The notes under the pieces: generated by a model | Told to the model about the DNA's origin: nothing | Databases searched by the model: none | What the model saw: only the letters and a program-made list of their open reading frames with translations | Program-made: the position numbers and the translations under genes | Shown here: piece after piece, positions 17,083 through 24,831 of the stretch | How positions within the stretch are numbered: the stretch's first letter is position 1 | How the letters are laid out: every line of letters begins with the position of its first letter | IMG/VR virus record: IMGVR_UViG_3300049170_000023 | Location: 1 to 45,896 of that record | Length of the DNA stretch: 45,896 nucleotides | Reading direction: 5' to 3' (one strand) | Source: a virus | Taxonomy: Duplodnaviria > Caudoviricetes

Positions 17083-17246
17083 CCCGCGCCCATGTTGCAC
17101 AGCGCTTGCTGGCCCTTGGGCCGCTGTCCTTCCGCGAGTTTGTCGCCATCACCGGCTGGCCGGCCAGGGCGTGCAGCCGGACGCTGAACTACCTGAACGA
17201 ACTCGGCCTTGCCGCTCGCACTGGCCGCACCTGGAGGCTGTCGTGA
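17079..17246 (+). CDS. Small winged-helix protein
   Basis: LLALGPLSFREF..ITGW; ATGA overlap. Confidence 0.65.
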   Translation: MTRAHVAQRLLALGPLSFREFVAITGWPARACSRTLNYLNELGLAARTGRTWRLS

Positions 17247-17249
17247 ACC

Positions 17250-17435
17250 ATGACCTTCAACGATCAACTGCAGTGGCTGATCACGATGGCCCGCACCCCC
17301 GGATGGAAGGCGTACGCCTGGCATCGGGCCAAGGAAATGGCAGCGGACGACTCGGGCCTGTGGCCGGAGATCGACAAGCGGCTGGAAGAGGCAATGCGCG
17401 CGGAGGTGCCCGGTGAGACGCGCAGCCAAGGTTGA
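17250..17435 (+). CDS. Hypothetical protein
   Basis: PGWKAYAW motif; operon position. Confidence 0.6.
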   Translation: MTFNDQLQWLITMARTPGWKAYAWHRAKEMAADDSGLWPEIDKRLEEAMRAEVPGETRSQG

Positions 17436-17685
17436 CGCGAACCAAGAGCAGATCGTCAGCGCCTTGCGTGCTGCCGGTGCGAGCGTGCAAAGCCTGGCGC
17501 CCATCGGCAAGGGCTGCCCTGACGTCCTTGTCGCGTTCCGCAACGCCATGTTCCTCATGGAAATCAAGCACGCCAAGGGCAAGACGAACGAGATGCAGCA
17601 GCGCTGGCACATCGAGTGGCGAGCCCCGGTGCATGTGGTGTACAGCCCTGATGACGCGCTGCGGGCGATAGGAGTGTTGGCATGA
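17413..17685 (+). CDS. VRR-NUC-like PD-(D/E)xK nuclease / putative Holliday junction resolvase
   Basis: KVDANQ..G.PDVLV..MEIK..Q..W. Confidence 0.8.
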   Translation: MRRAAKVDANQEQIVSALRAAGASVQSLAPIGKGCPDVLVAFRNAMFLMEIKHAKGKTNEMQQRWHIEWRAPVHVVYSPDDALRAIGVLA

Positions 17686-18017
17686 GCGACGACATCCGCA
17701 ATCCCGACCGAGCTGTTGATTACATCTTGGCCAACGCTGGCAAGTTCGCCGCCGCCAAGGCTCAGCGCGTCTACCTGGAGGAATTCAGGAAGTCCAAGAA
17801 GGCGCTACTGATGGCACAGAGCACGGCCAAGACCGTCTCAGAGCGAGAGCAGTACGCATATGCCCATGAGGACTACCTGGGGCTGCTGGGCGGGCTCAAG
17901 GCCGCCGTGGAGGTGGAAGAGGAACTCAAGTGGCGACTGACCGCGGCGCAGATCCGTGTCGAGGTGTGGCGCTCCAAGGAAAGTTCAGCCAGAGCAGAAG
18001 GGAAAACCTTGCGATGA
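17682..18017 (+). CDS. Conserved helical phage protein
   Basis: YLEEFRKSKKALLM..EREQYAYAH..EVWRS. Confidence 0.7.
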   Translation: MSDDIRNPDRAVDYILANAGKFAAAKAQRVYLEEFRKSKKALLMAQSTAKTVSEREQYAYAHEDYLGLLGGLKAAVEVEEELKWRLTAAQIRVEVWRSKESSARAEGKTLR

Positions 18018-18559
18018 CCGAAGAGTGGAAGCCCATCCCGGATTTTGCTGGCTACGAGGTTTCAGATCTCGGCAATGTTCGTTGCGTGGAAGTGAGCAAA
18101 GGCCGAAAAGTCGGGCGCAATTTCAAGCCGAACACAAGTCAAGCCGGCTACCGCCAAGTGCGCTTTCGCAAGGGCGGGAGAACTCACGTTCTGACGGTTC
18201 ATCGCTTGGTTGTCTTTGTGTTTCGCGGCCCTTGCCCAGACGGAATGCAAGTCCGCCATCTTGACGGTGATAAGGACAACAACGCGCTGGCAAACCTTGT
18301 CTATGGAACTCCAAAGGAGAACGGGGAAGACAGGGTCCGGCACGGTACATCACTGCGTGGCCAGAAGAATCCAAAGAACGTAATAACTGAGGCGCAAGCA
18401 CTTCAGTGCATGGGATTGTTGGACGCCGGGCAAAAACCGCTGCAAGTAGCGCGTGTGCTTGGAGTCTCGCCGCATATCACCCGCCGCATTGCACGCGGTG
18501 AGCAATGGGCCTGGCTGAAAGAGGCCAGCAATCGCGGCCAGGACAGGAGCATGCGATGA
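18014..18559 (+). CDS. NUMOD4-HNH homing endonuclease
   Basis: EEWKPIPDFAGYEVSDLGNVR (NUMOD4); VHRLV..VRHLDGDKDNN..NL..GT..EN (HNH); C-terminal HTH. Confidence 0.92.
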   Translation: MTEEWKPIPDFAGYEVSDLGNVRCVEVSKGRKVGRNFKPNTSQAGYRQVRFRKGGRTHVLTVHRLVVFVFRGPCPDGMQVRHLDGDKDNNALANLVYGTPKENGEDRVRHGTSLRGQKNPKNVITEAQALQCMGLLDAGQKPLQVARVLGVSPHITRRIARGEQWAWLKEASNRGQDRSMR

Positions 18560-18843
18560 CCATCACCAGCCGCATCCTGGCCCTGCTCAAAGAGCGCGGC
18601 CCGAGCACCGTGGATGACATCGCCCCGCACATCCCTGACATCGACCGTCACCGCCTGATGCGCCGGATGCAGGACGCACGCACCTACGGGCTGCTGTGCA
18701 TCGTCCAGCAAGGCAGCGGGCTGGGCAAGGGCAGGGGGAAGGCGCCTTCGGTGTACGACGTGGCGCCTGAGCGCATTGCATCCAAGCGCAAGACAAAGAG
18801 CACGTTGCGCGTGTGTAGCGTGTGGGAGTTGGCGAAATGCTGA
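18556..18843 (+). CDS. Winged-helix protein, paralog of 20434-20727
   Basis: ILALLKERGPSTVDDIA; C-terminal SVWEL. Confidence 0.7.
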   Translation: MTITSRILALLKERGPSTVDDIAPHIPDIDRHRLMRRMQDARTYGLLCIVQQGSGLGKGRGKAPSVYDVAPERIASKRKTKSTLRVCSVWELAKC

Positions 18844-18995
18844 AGCCTCGCATCCGCCGCCGCTACGGCATCTGGTACTGCTTCACCGTGGGCGTAATGA
18901 GCCGGGCAACGCTGCCGATGGGGCAGGGCTACTCACCGCTGCACGCCTACGCCGATTGGTGGGCGCAGATGCGCAAGACGTGGGTGGAGTCATGA
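18837..18995 (+). CDS. Small hypothetical protein (not in ORF track)
   Basis: MLKPRIRRRYGIWYC..G.GYSP..AYADW. Confidence 0.6.
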   Translation: MLKPRIRRRYGIWYCFTVGVMSRATLPMGQGYSPLHAYADWWAQMRKTWVES

Positions 18996-19189
18996 AGCAC
19001 AGCTGCCACGACCGCGCTCCCTTCGCCCTGCTCGCCATCCCCGCGCAGGACGGCTGGTTCACCGATAACGAGACCCGCACACCCAAGCTGGTGCCGCTGC
19101 CGTTTCGCATGTCCAAGGCCTGCGAGTACGGCAAGGAGCAGGGCCGCACGGACCCGGGCTGCGAGGGATGCAAGTGGAGGTCAGCGTGA
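18992..19189 (+). CDS. Small Cys-rich protein
   Basis: CHDR..QDGW..C.Y..DPGCEGCKW. Confidence 0.65.
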   Translation: MKHSCHDRAPFALLAIPAQDGWFTDNETRTPKLVPLPFRMSKACEYGKEQGRTDPGCEGCKWRSA

Positions 19190-19473
19190 CCAAAGCAGAG
19201 AAGGCCCACAAGGAAGCCTTGGCCGCCCTCGGCTGCATGGCCTGCCGCCGCATCCACGGCCCGCACGAACCTGCGCCTGTCGAACTGCATCACCTGCGTG
19301 AGGGCGGATGGGGCAAGGGCGGTTATCTCACGCTGATCCCGCTCTGTGTGGAACACCACAGGGGCAACACCGGCGTCCACGGGCTGGGCACACGCGGCTT
19401 CGTCAAGCACTACGGATTCACGCAAGCGGACCTGCTGCGTGATGCATTGGAGCAACTGGAGACAAAGCAATGA
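19186..19473 (+). CDS. Ref-like (RecA-dependent) HNH nuclease
   Basis: LGCMAC..ELHH..IPLC.EHHRG..GVHG. Confidence 0.8.
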   Translation: MTKAEKAHKEALAALGCMACRRIHGPHEPAPVELHHLREGGWGKGGYLTLIPLCVEHHRGNTGVHGLGTRGFVKHYGFTQADLLRDALEQLETKQ

Positions 19474-19603
19474 GCCCCATAGAGCCGATCTTCCCGGACA
19501 TAGACGTGCTGCCGCCGTTGCCCGACGAGCAGCAGAAAAGGGGCGATGCGGCCCTTGTGGAGAGCCTGTCGCGGGCTTTGGGCAGGAATTTGCAGGAGCA
19601 GGC

Positions 19604-19774
19604 ATGCAGCCATTCCGTGCAGCCGGTTGTGTCGGTAAACAGCCGTTGAACGAGCGCCTGGCCCGGGACATCGCCCAGCGCATGCGCAAGGGCAGGAGGG
19701 AACACGCTCCTGTGCAGGCGTACCGCTGCGACTTTTGCGGCCAGTGGCATGTCGGGTCAACGAGCAGGAGGTAG
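19604..19774 (+). CDS. Small zinc-finger protein
   Basis: C.GK..AYRCDFCGQWHVG; RBS GGAG. Confidence 0.65.
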   Translation: MQPFRAAGCVGKQPLNERLARDIAQRMRKGRREHAPVQAYRCDFCGQWHVGSTSRR

Positions 19775-19776
19775 GA

Positions 19777-20073
19777 GTGAACCCATGGGATCAATTGATC
19801 ATGACGCCTGTGCGTATAGCGCAGACGGAAAAGGGCCGCATCTACATCACACCTGGTCCAACAAGGCCATGGGGGCTGACGCCGACCCAAATAGCTGTTC
19901 TGACTGCGTTGGTGGAACTGGGCTCACCGAGAGCGGTGTCCGAGAGATTGGGAAAGAGCATCAACACGGTCGAAGAGCAATGCCGCAGGGCTCGCCAGAA
20001 GATGGGGGCGAAGTCGAATACGGAGGCCGCTGTGATGTGGGACCGGCTCCAGAGACCGAATAAACCTGCGTGA
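19777..20073 (+). CDS. LuxR/GerE-type HTH regulator
   Basis: LTPTQIAVL..VSERLGKSINTVEEQ...RQKMGAKS. Confidence 0.8.
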   Translation: MNPWDQLIMTPVRIAQTEKGRIYITPGPTRPWGLTPTQIAVLTALVELGSPRAVSERLGKSINTVEEQCRRARQKMGAKSNTEAAVMWDRLQRPNKPA

Positions 20074-20123
20074 ATCACGCAACCGAAGCAGCGGCGGCTT
20101 CCGCTGTGCAAACCTGAGAGAGC

Positions 20124-20405
20124 ATGAACGAAGCACGCACGTATCCCTACAAGGCATGGGTTCTGATGCCGTCTTTTAAGCCTGTGGAAGTGGAGTTCAA
20201 GGAAGCGTATTCATCGTATGGCGCTGTCAGGGACTACGACATTTCAGCAAAGGAAAGGGCTTACCACATCAGCGAGATATTCCCCAGCAAAGAAGCGGCC
20301 ATTGCCGCCGGCTGGGTGCGCATTCATGCGCAGGAGGAGGCGCTCACCAAGAAGGCGGCTAACTTACTCAAGAAACGCGAAGTCCTAGCGAAGGCAGCAG
20401 GCTGA
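20124..20405 (+). CDS. Hypothetical protein
   Basis: ORF in operon orientation. Confidence 0.65.
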   Translation: MNEARTYPYKAWVLMPSFKPVEVEFKEAYSSYGAVRDYDISAKERAYHISEIFPSKEAAIAAGWVRIHAQEEALTKKAANLLKKREVLAKAAG

Positions 20406-20433
20406 CACGGCTGCAACACAAGGAGAAGAACAA

Positions 20434-20727
20434 ATGAGCCTAGTCGCTCAAGTAGCCGCCGCTGTCTCGCAATGCGACAGGGGCAGGTGTACCATTGAAC
20501 AGCTTGAAACGATGATTCCTGGAGTTCCCAGGCATGCGCTGCAAAAGGCGCTGGAGAACGCCAGTTTCAGGGGCGAGATCAGGCTTCTGATGCGCGGCGG
20601 ATCGCGAGGACCTGGCAAGGGCATGGCGCCAGGTGTGTACGGGCCAGTGCCGCAGTGGGAGCGTTTCAGACGCATTCCGCTGAACGCGCGCCGGCCGGTG
20701 TCGAGCGTATGGGAATTGGGACGGTAG
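20434..20727 (+). CDS. Winged-helix protein, paralog of 18556-18843
   Basis: RBS AAGGAG; GKGMAPGVY and SSVWEL shared motifs. Confidence 0.7.
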   Translation: MSLVAQVAAAVSQCDRGRCTIEQLETMIPGVPRHALQKALENASFRGEIRLLMRGGSRGPGKGMAPGVYGPVPQWERFRRIPLNARRPVSSVWELGR

Positions 20728-20730
20728 ACC

Positions 20731-21213
20731 ATGGCAGGATACCCAAAGCGCAGAGCAGACATCCAGCGCCTGGAGAGCGATCCAGAGCTAGGAGAACTCG
20801 TCTTCCAGATGCTCGAAGAGGGCAAGCAATTCGCCCGCATCTGCACAGAGACAAAGCTCACCAAGGGCGCTATGCTCGAATGGCTCGAAAGACCAGAACA
20901 GGCAGAGCGCTACGCCAGGGCAAGGGGAGTAGCGGCGACATCCCTGGCAGACGAAGCGATAGAGATCGCCGACGAGGTGGATGCAAGCCAGCCTGGAGAG
21001 CTGATGAAGGCCAGGATCAGGATCGGCGCCAGGCAATGGCACGCCGAGCGCTGGAACCGGAACCTGTACGGGCAAAAGCAAGCGGAACTGACAGTAAACC
21101 TGAACGTGCTGCACCTGGATGCGCTCAGGCACAGGAACAGCCAGCCGACGATGGTGGAGGACTTCACTCCGAAGCCAGTGCTGATCGAGAACAAGCAGGA
21201 GCAGGAACCGTGA
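20731..21213 (+). CDS. terS: Terminase small subunit (Sf6 gp1-like)
   Basis: G....IC..WL..YARAR..LADE..EIAD..ARIRI.ARQW....N..YG. Confidence 0.85.
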   Translation: MAGYPKRRADIQRLESDPELGELVFQMLEEGKQFARICTETKLTKGAMLEWLERPEQAERYARARGVAATSLADEAIEIADEVDASQPGELMKARIRIGARQWHAERWNRNLYGQKQAELTVNLNVLHLDALRHRNSQPTMVEDFTPKPVLIENKQEQEP

Positions 21214-21539
21214 GCCCGTACTTCCGAGAGCAGCTAGGGATGAACGAACGCGAAGTGGCCGTCTTCAAGGCAATCGGGCCAACAGAGGCGAACGCGCTCT
21301 ACACCGACGAAGAGATCAAGGCGGTACTCAGTGCGTCCGTCAGGCGTGCCGAGCAGATTGCGGTCGAGCAAGAGGAGATCACCCATCGAAGACGGTTCAT
21401 CGCCTACATGGCTGCCAAGCTGTGCGCCGAGGACAAGCAGGCAAGGCTAGAGGCCCAGAGCAAGCCGCCATCCATAGAACTGGCCAGGCGAGTAATCGCA
21501 GAGCACATGGACACGCTCAAGGCACTCAAGGACAGGTGA
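21210..21539 (+). CDS. Hypothetical protein
   Basis: GTGA overlap with terS; helical 109 aa. Confidence 0.6.
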   Translation: MSPYFREQLGMNEREVAVFKAIGPTEANALYTDEEIKAVLSASVRRAEQIAVEQEEITHRRRFIAYMAAKLCAEDKQARLEAQSKPPSIELARRVIAEHMDTLKALKDR

Positions 21540-21545
21540 GGGGCG

Positions 21546-21725
21546 ATGAACCTGCGGCTACACAAGCGACGGGCATACGACAAGCGCGGCATGCAGTGGG
21601 GTAAGCGTTGCTCGGAGTACTTCGCAGGCTGCATCTGCTGCGAAGCGTGGAGGTTCTACGACGAGACAGGGCGCTTCCCAACCTTTGACGAGGCGAGAGC
21701 CAGTCTGCAGAAGATGAGGCATTGA
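21546..21725 (+). CDS. Small Cys-rich protein (not in ORF track)
   Basis: MNLRLHKRR..WGKRCSEYFAGCICCEAWRFYD; RBS GAGG. Confidence 0.6.
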   Translation: MNLRLHKRRAYDKRGMQWGKRCSEYFAGCICCEAWRFYDETGRFPTFDEARASLQKMRH

Positions 21726-21749
21726 GCGGCAAGAGAGCCAGCAACCAGC

Positions 21750-21783
21750 AAGAGGCCCGCATCAACGCGGGCTTTCTCTTTTG
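21750..21783 (+). terminator. Intrinsic terminator after the terS cluster
   Basis: GCCCGC-ATCAAC-GCGGGC followed by TTTCTCTTTT. Confidence 0.75.
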
Positions 21784-22272
21784 TGCGCCAGCGAGCAAGC
21801 GGCAGGCAGCGACAGGGCGGAGAGCGCTTAGGCGACGGGTGGAAGGACGATGGATGGAGGCCGAACACAGGCCGAACACCTCGCCAGCCTCGCGCGCGCC
21901 CGTGAGCCCAATCATACGCAGAGCCATATACATGACGCCGCATCCATACGCCAATCCGTATAGTTCAGCACCAGCGTCATACAACGGCTCTTATGTCAAA
22001 CGATTCAACACCGTTCGTACTACACGTCTGAGTACCAGCCCGAGATTCCTGGCACCACTGTAAGTAGAGCGTACTCATTCAGGCTAGATTGGCTCGGCAG
22101 TATGGAATGGATGAGATGGTGCGGATGAGGTGGAATGGCTGGGCTGGGTAGGTCAGCAATACCCCCCCCGTACCCCAGCTGAGCCTCCCGGCCCGTCGCT
22201 GTGGCGGCCCTCAACGTCTCTCGCCCTGTGCGTTTTGCCGAATAGGTCCTACCCGGCTCTAGAATCGCGCTC

Positions 22273-22396
22273 GTTGGCGAAGGCGCAGGCTGATGCGCAG
22301 TAGCAGCGAAGCAAGCTCGCAAAAATGGGAACCGCTATAGCGATGGGGCCGCCCATGCCTCAACACGCAAGCCGGAGATCAGCACCGGCCGCCAAT
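22273..22396 (+). ncRNA. Candidate cloverleaf ncRNA with complementary (kissing) loops
   Basis: Closing stem TTGGCG/CGCCAA; hairpins GCGCA/TGCGC and GCCGG/CCGGC with GCTGAT and ATCAGC in or at their loops; TAGAAT -10 box at 22260-22265. Confidence 0.65.
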
Positions 22397-22540
22397 CCTT
22401 CCTACAGCCGCTTCCCGCCCATTCCCCTGCCGTTGCCCTGTCTGTCGCCGTCAAAGCGCTCCTGAGCTGTTTTGCTGCGTCCTGGCGGTATTCCTTGCCC
22501 CCCCACCCACCCCCTTCGCTGTATTCGGCTTTGCCGTCTG

Positions 22541-22575
22541 AAAAAATAAGCCCAGCGCCGTTTTGGGCTGGGCTA
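22541..22575 (-). terminator. Terminator of the leftward island transcript
   Basis: AGCCCAGC/GCTGGGCT stem preceded on + by an A tract. Confidence 0.65.
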
Positions 22576-22638
22576 AGGGGTAGGGCTGGGTTGAGGCTGG
22601 GAAAGCGCTCTACGGGCCGATTTCAGGCGCTGGCGGGG

Positions 22639-22791
22639 CTAGTAATGATCCCGCTTGCGTGTCCAGCCGCAATGCTCGCACTGCAGGATGTGGCGAGTGC
22701 CGATGGGTTTGCCGCCTTCCGTGAGTTTCACGTTGTCGATGATCTTCCAGCGGTGCTGGCACAGGCCGAGGAGTTTTCGTAGCCAGGTCAT
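22639..22791 (-). CDS. Small zinc-ribbon protein (DUF1660-like)
   Basis: MTWLRKLLGLCQHRW..QCEHCG; ATGA overlap. Confidence 0.65.
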   Translation of the reverse strand: MTWLRKLLGLCQHRWKIIDNVKLTEGGKPIGTRHILQCEHCGWTRKRDHY

Positions 22792-23063
22792 GCGCTCTGT
22801 TCCTTCCTGGCGGCCATCATTGCGTCGGCCATGCGGTAGGAGAGGTTGGCGATCTGGCGCAGCACGTTGTCCGGCCGGTCGGCTGTAAGCCCGTGGGAGT
22901 TGCGCAGGGCCACCAGCACCTCTCGCATGGTTGTTTCGGCGTAGCGGTCCCTGAGCGACATTCCGAGGTGGCGCACCGGGTTCACCGTGTGCGGGTCCAT
23001 GGTGTCGAGCCATTCGCTGGCCGGGAATGCCGGGCCGCCGTCGGGGGTCGCGTCGTGGTTCAT
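22788..23063 (-). CDS. Conserved small phage protein
   Basis: DGGPAFP..GMSLRD.YA..YRMADAMMAAR; RBS AGGAG. Confidence 0.8.
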   Translation of the reverse strand: MNHDATPDGGPAFPASEWLDTMDPHTVNPVRHLGMSLRDRYAETTMREVLVALRNSHGLTADRPDNVLRQIANLSYRMADAMMAARKEQSA

Positions 23064-23089
23064 TGCTGCTTTCTCCTATGTATTCCCTG

Positions 23090-23470
23090 AGAGATGCACC
23101 CTGGTGGATGTTTGAGCAAAGCGCAGCTTCTACCGCAAGCCAGTTGCGGATCCGCTTACGCCAAGATGCACCCCGGAGCCATGCCGTCGCATCGCGCTGA
23201 CCAGACTTACGACCCCCGAAGGGGCTACCGACAGGCTCTAGCCTTCGCCCACCTTGGCCCCTGTGTCCCGCTCGTGTAAGGGCCTGCCGTCCGCGCTGCA
23301 CCACCGACGTACCGCATGCAGCGTGAGCCAGAAACGGCAAAGCCCTCAAGGCCTGTCGCTCCGGTCTCGCACCCCGTGCCCATTGAAGGGCTGAACGACA
23401 GAGCTTGAAGGCTCTGATTTCATTGTGCCTGGGGTGCGAGCCTTGGCTGCGCTGATGTTCAACCACAGCC
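23090..23470. ncRNA. Candidate large structured RNA or ssDNA element (~380 nt)
   Basis: At least nine helices identified by eye including a long terminal stem; cUUCGg tetraloop on the minus strand; no credible coding signal. Confidence 0.65.
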
Positions 23471-23551
23471 ATACAAATCTCCAAATCTATGTAGGAGATT
23501 CACCTACGCGCATGTAAGCGGAATTCGACTCAGCCGTAACACTGCGCGGCC

Positions 23552-23788
23552 ATGGAGCACCCCTTCTGCACCTACTGCGGCCGCGAGGGCCACCGGGCGC
23601 CGCACTGCCCGTGGCGGGTGGGTGCTTTCTGGCGCGTGGTGGCTCGCTTTGCGCGGCGAGTTGTCTGCCGGGTGCTGTCCTGCAAGCCGGCATTGCTGCA
23701 CTGCGTCAAAGGCCTGCATGACGGGCGCATCCGCGGCGTGTGGGAGTGCATCCGCTGCGGGCGGGTTTGGCTGGGGGGTGCGGCGTGA
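23552..23788 (+). CDS. Zinc-knuckle (CCHC) small protein
   Basis: CTYCGREGHRAPHCP plus a second C/H cluster. Confidence 0.55.
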   Translation: MEHPFCTYCGREGHRAPHCPWRVGAFWRVVARFARRVVCRVLSCKPALLHCVKGLHDGRIRGVWECIRCGRVWLGGAA

Positions 23789-24045
23789 GCCTGCACAGCA
23801 CCGCCACCACAGTCCTGGCCTTGCTGGTCGTCTCCCTCGCTGCGTTGGCGTGGAACCAGTCTTCCGAACTGGCGGCAGGGCGCAAGCAACTGTCCCGAGC
23901 GACGGCCGACGTTCGCCACTTCAAGAGCCGCGCCTACTGGCTTGAGGGCCGCTACGAAGAAGCCGTCCAAGGCATGCGCGACGAGCACTCGGTGGATATG
24001 TGGCGGCTGGTCGAGCAGCTACGGGAATGCGAGGCGAAGAAGTGA
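23785..24045 (+). CDS. Membrane-anchored coiled-coil protein
   Basis: N-terminal TM helix then helical domain; GTGA overlaps. Confidence 0.6.
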   Translation: MSLHSTATTVLALLVVSLAALAWNQSSELAAGRKQLSRATADVRHFKSRAYWLEGRYEEAVQGMRDEHSVDMWRLVEQLRECEAKK

Positions 24046-24278
24046 CGGCCAAGATCATTCCCTTTACCGGCGTCACCACTCTCGACTTGGATCCGGACGT
24101 CGTGCTGGAGAACCTCAAAGGCAAGTTCGAGGGGCTGGTCTACGCCGGCTTCGACAAGGACGGCAAGGAGTTCTTCGGCGCCACCTACGCGGACGGCGGG
24201 ACGGTCCTCTGGTTGCTCGAGCGGCTGAAGCTGCAACTGCTGCGCACCGCCGACGACACGCTGGGAGCCAGCGAATGA
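24042..24278 (+). CDS. Conserved small phage protein
   Basis: GVTTLDLDPD.VL..G.DKDG..F...ADGG.VLWLLE. Confidence 0.75.
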   Translation: MTAKIIPFTGVTTLDLDPDVVLENLKGKFEGLVYAGFDKDGKEFFGATYADGGTVLWLLERLKLQLLRTADDTLGASE

Positions 24279-24496
24279 CCTGGCGCTTTTCCGACTTCAC
24301 CCGCGACAACCCGCGCGACACGGTTCCGCGCATGGCCCGCTACACCAACACCAACGCAGCGCCCGTTACCGGCTGGGTGGTCAACACCATGCGCCCCACG
24401 CCGGAACTCACGCGCTACCTGTTCGTGGAGTCGCTGAAGCCTGAATCGCCGACTTGGGTTGCCACGCCCGAGCAGATCGTCTTCCTGCCGGCATGA
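24275..24496 (+). CDS. Hypothetical protein
   Basis: ATGA overlaps on both sides. Confidence 0.6.
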   Translation: MTWRFSDFTRDNPRDTVPRMARYTNTNAAPVTGWVVNTMRPTPELTRYLFVESLKPESPTWVATPEQIVFLPA

Positions 24497-24831
24497 CGTA
24501 CCCGATCCGCACCTTCGAATACGCCTCCATCGTCAACGTGGTGGACGGCGACACCTGCGACATCGAGGTGGACCTGGGTTTTTCGGTGAAGGTCAAGCAC
24601 CGCTTTCGCCTTGCCGGTATCGACACGCCCGAGCGTGGGAAACCCGGCTTCCATGAGGCCAAGGACTTCCTGTCCGCCTTCATGAACGCGCCGCTGCGCC
24701 GCCTGGAGGTCACGAAGGTCGATAAATACGGACGCTATTTGGTCGAGATCTTCGCCGCCGGCATGCAGCCAGAGGTGAGCGTTAACGAGCGGATGGTGGA
24801 GATGGGGCTGGCGAAGGTCTACGGGCCATGA
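24493..24831 (+). CDS. Thermonuclease (SNase) family nuclease
   Basis: VVDGDT..RLAGIDTPE..DKYGRYL..N..MV..GLA. Confidence 0.92.
   Translation: MTYPIRTFEYASIVNVVDGDTCDIEVDLGFSVKVKHRFRLAGIDTPERGKPGFHEAKDFLSAFMNAPLRRLEVTKVDKYGRYLVEIFAAGMQPEVSVNERMVEMGLAKVYGP

Noticed and set aside
22273-22396. Canonical tRNA gene
   Set aside because: No TTCRA T-loop, no 7-nt anticodon loop, no CCA; kept only as a tRNA-like candidate
23176-23240. Group II intron domain V (GAGCC...GGCTC on the minus strand)
   Set aside because: Helix length and bulge do not fit DV, there is no interrupted gene and no maturase
22639-23484. 281-aa minus-strand ORF in the track
   Set aside because: Arg-rich, shadow-like sequence that overlaps a better gene (22788-23063) in another frame; only the last 50 codons look real, and the 5' part is better explained as a structured element
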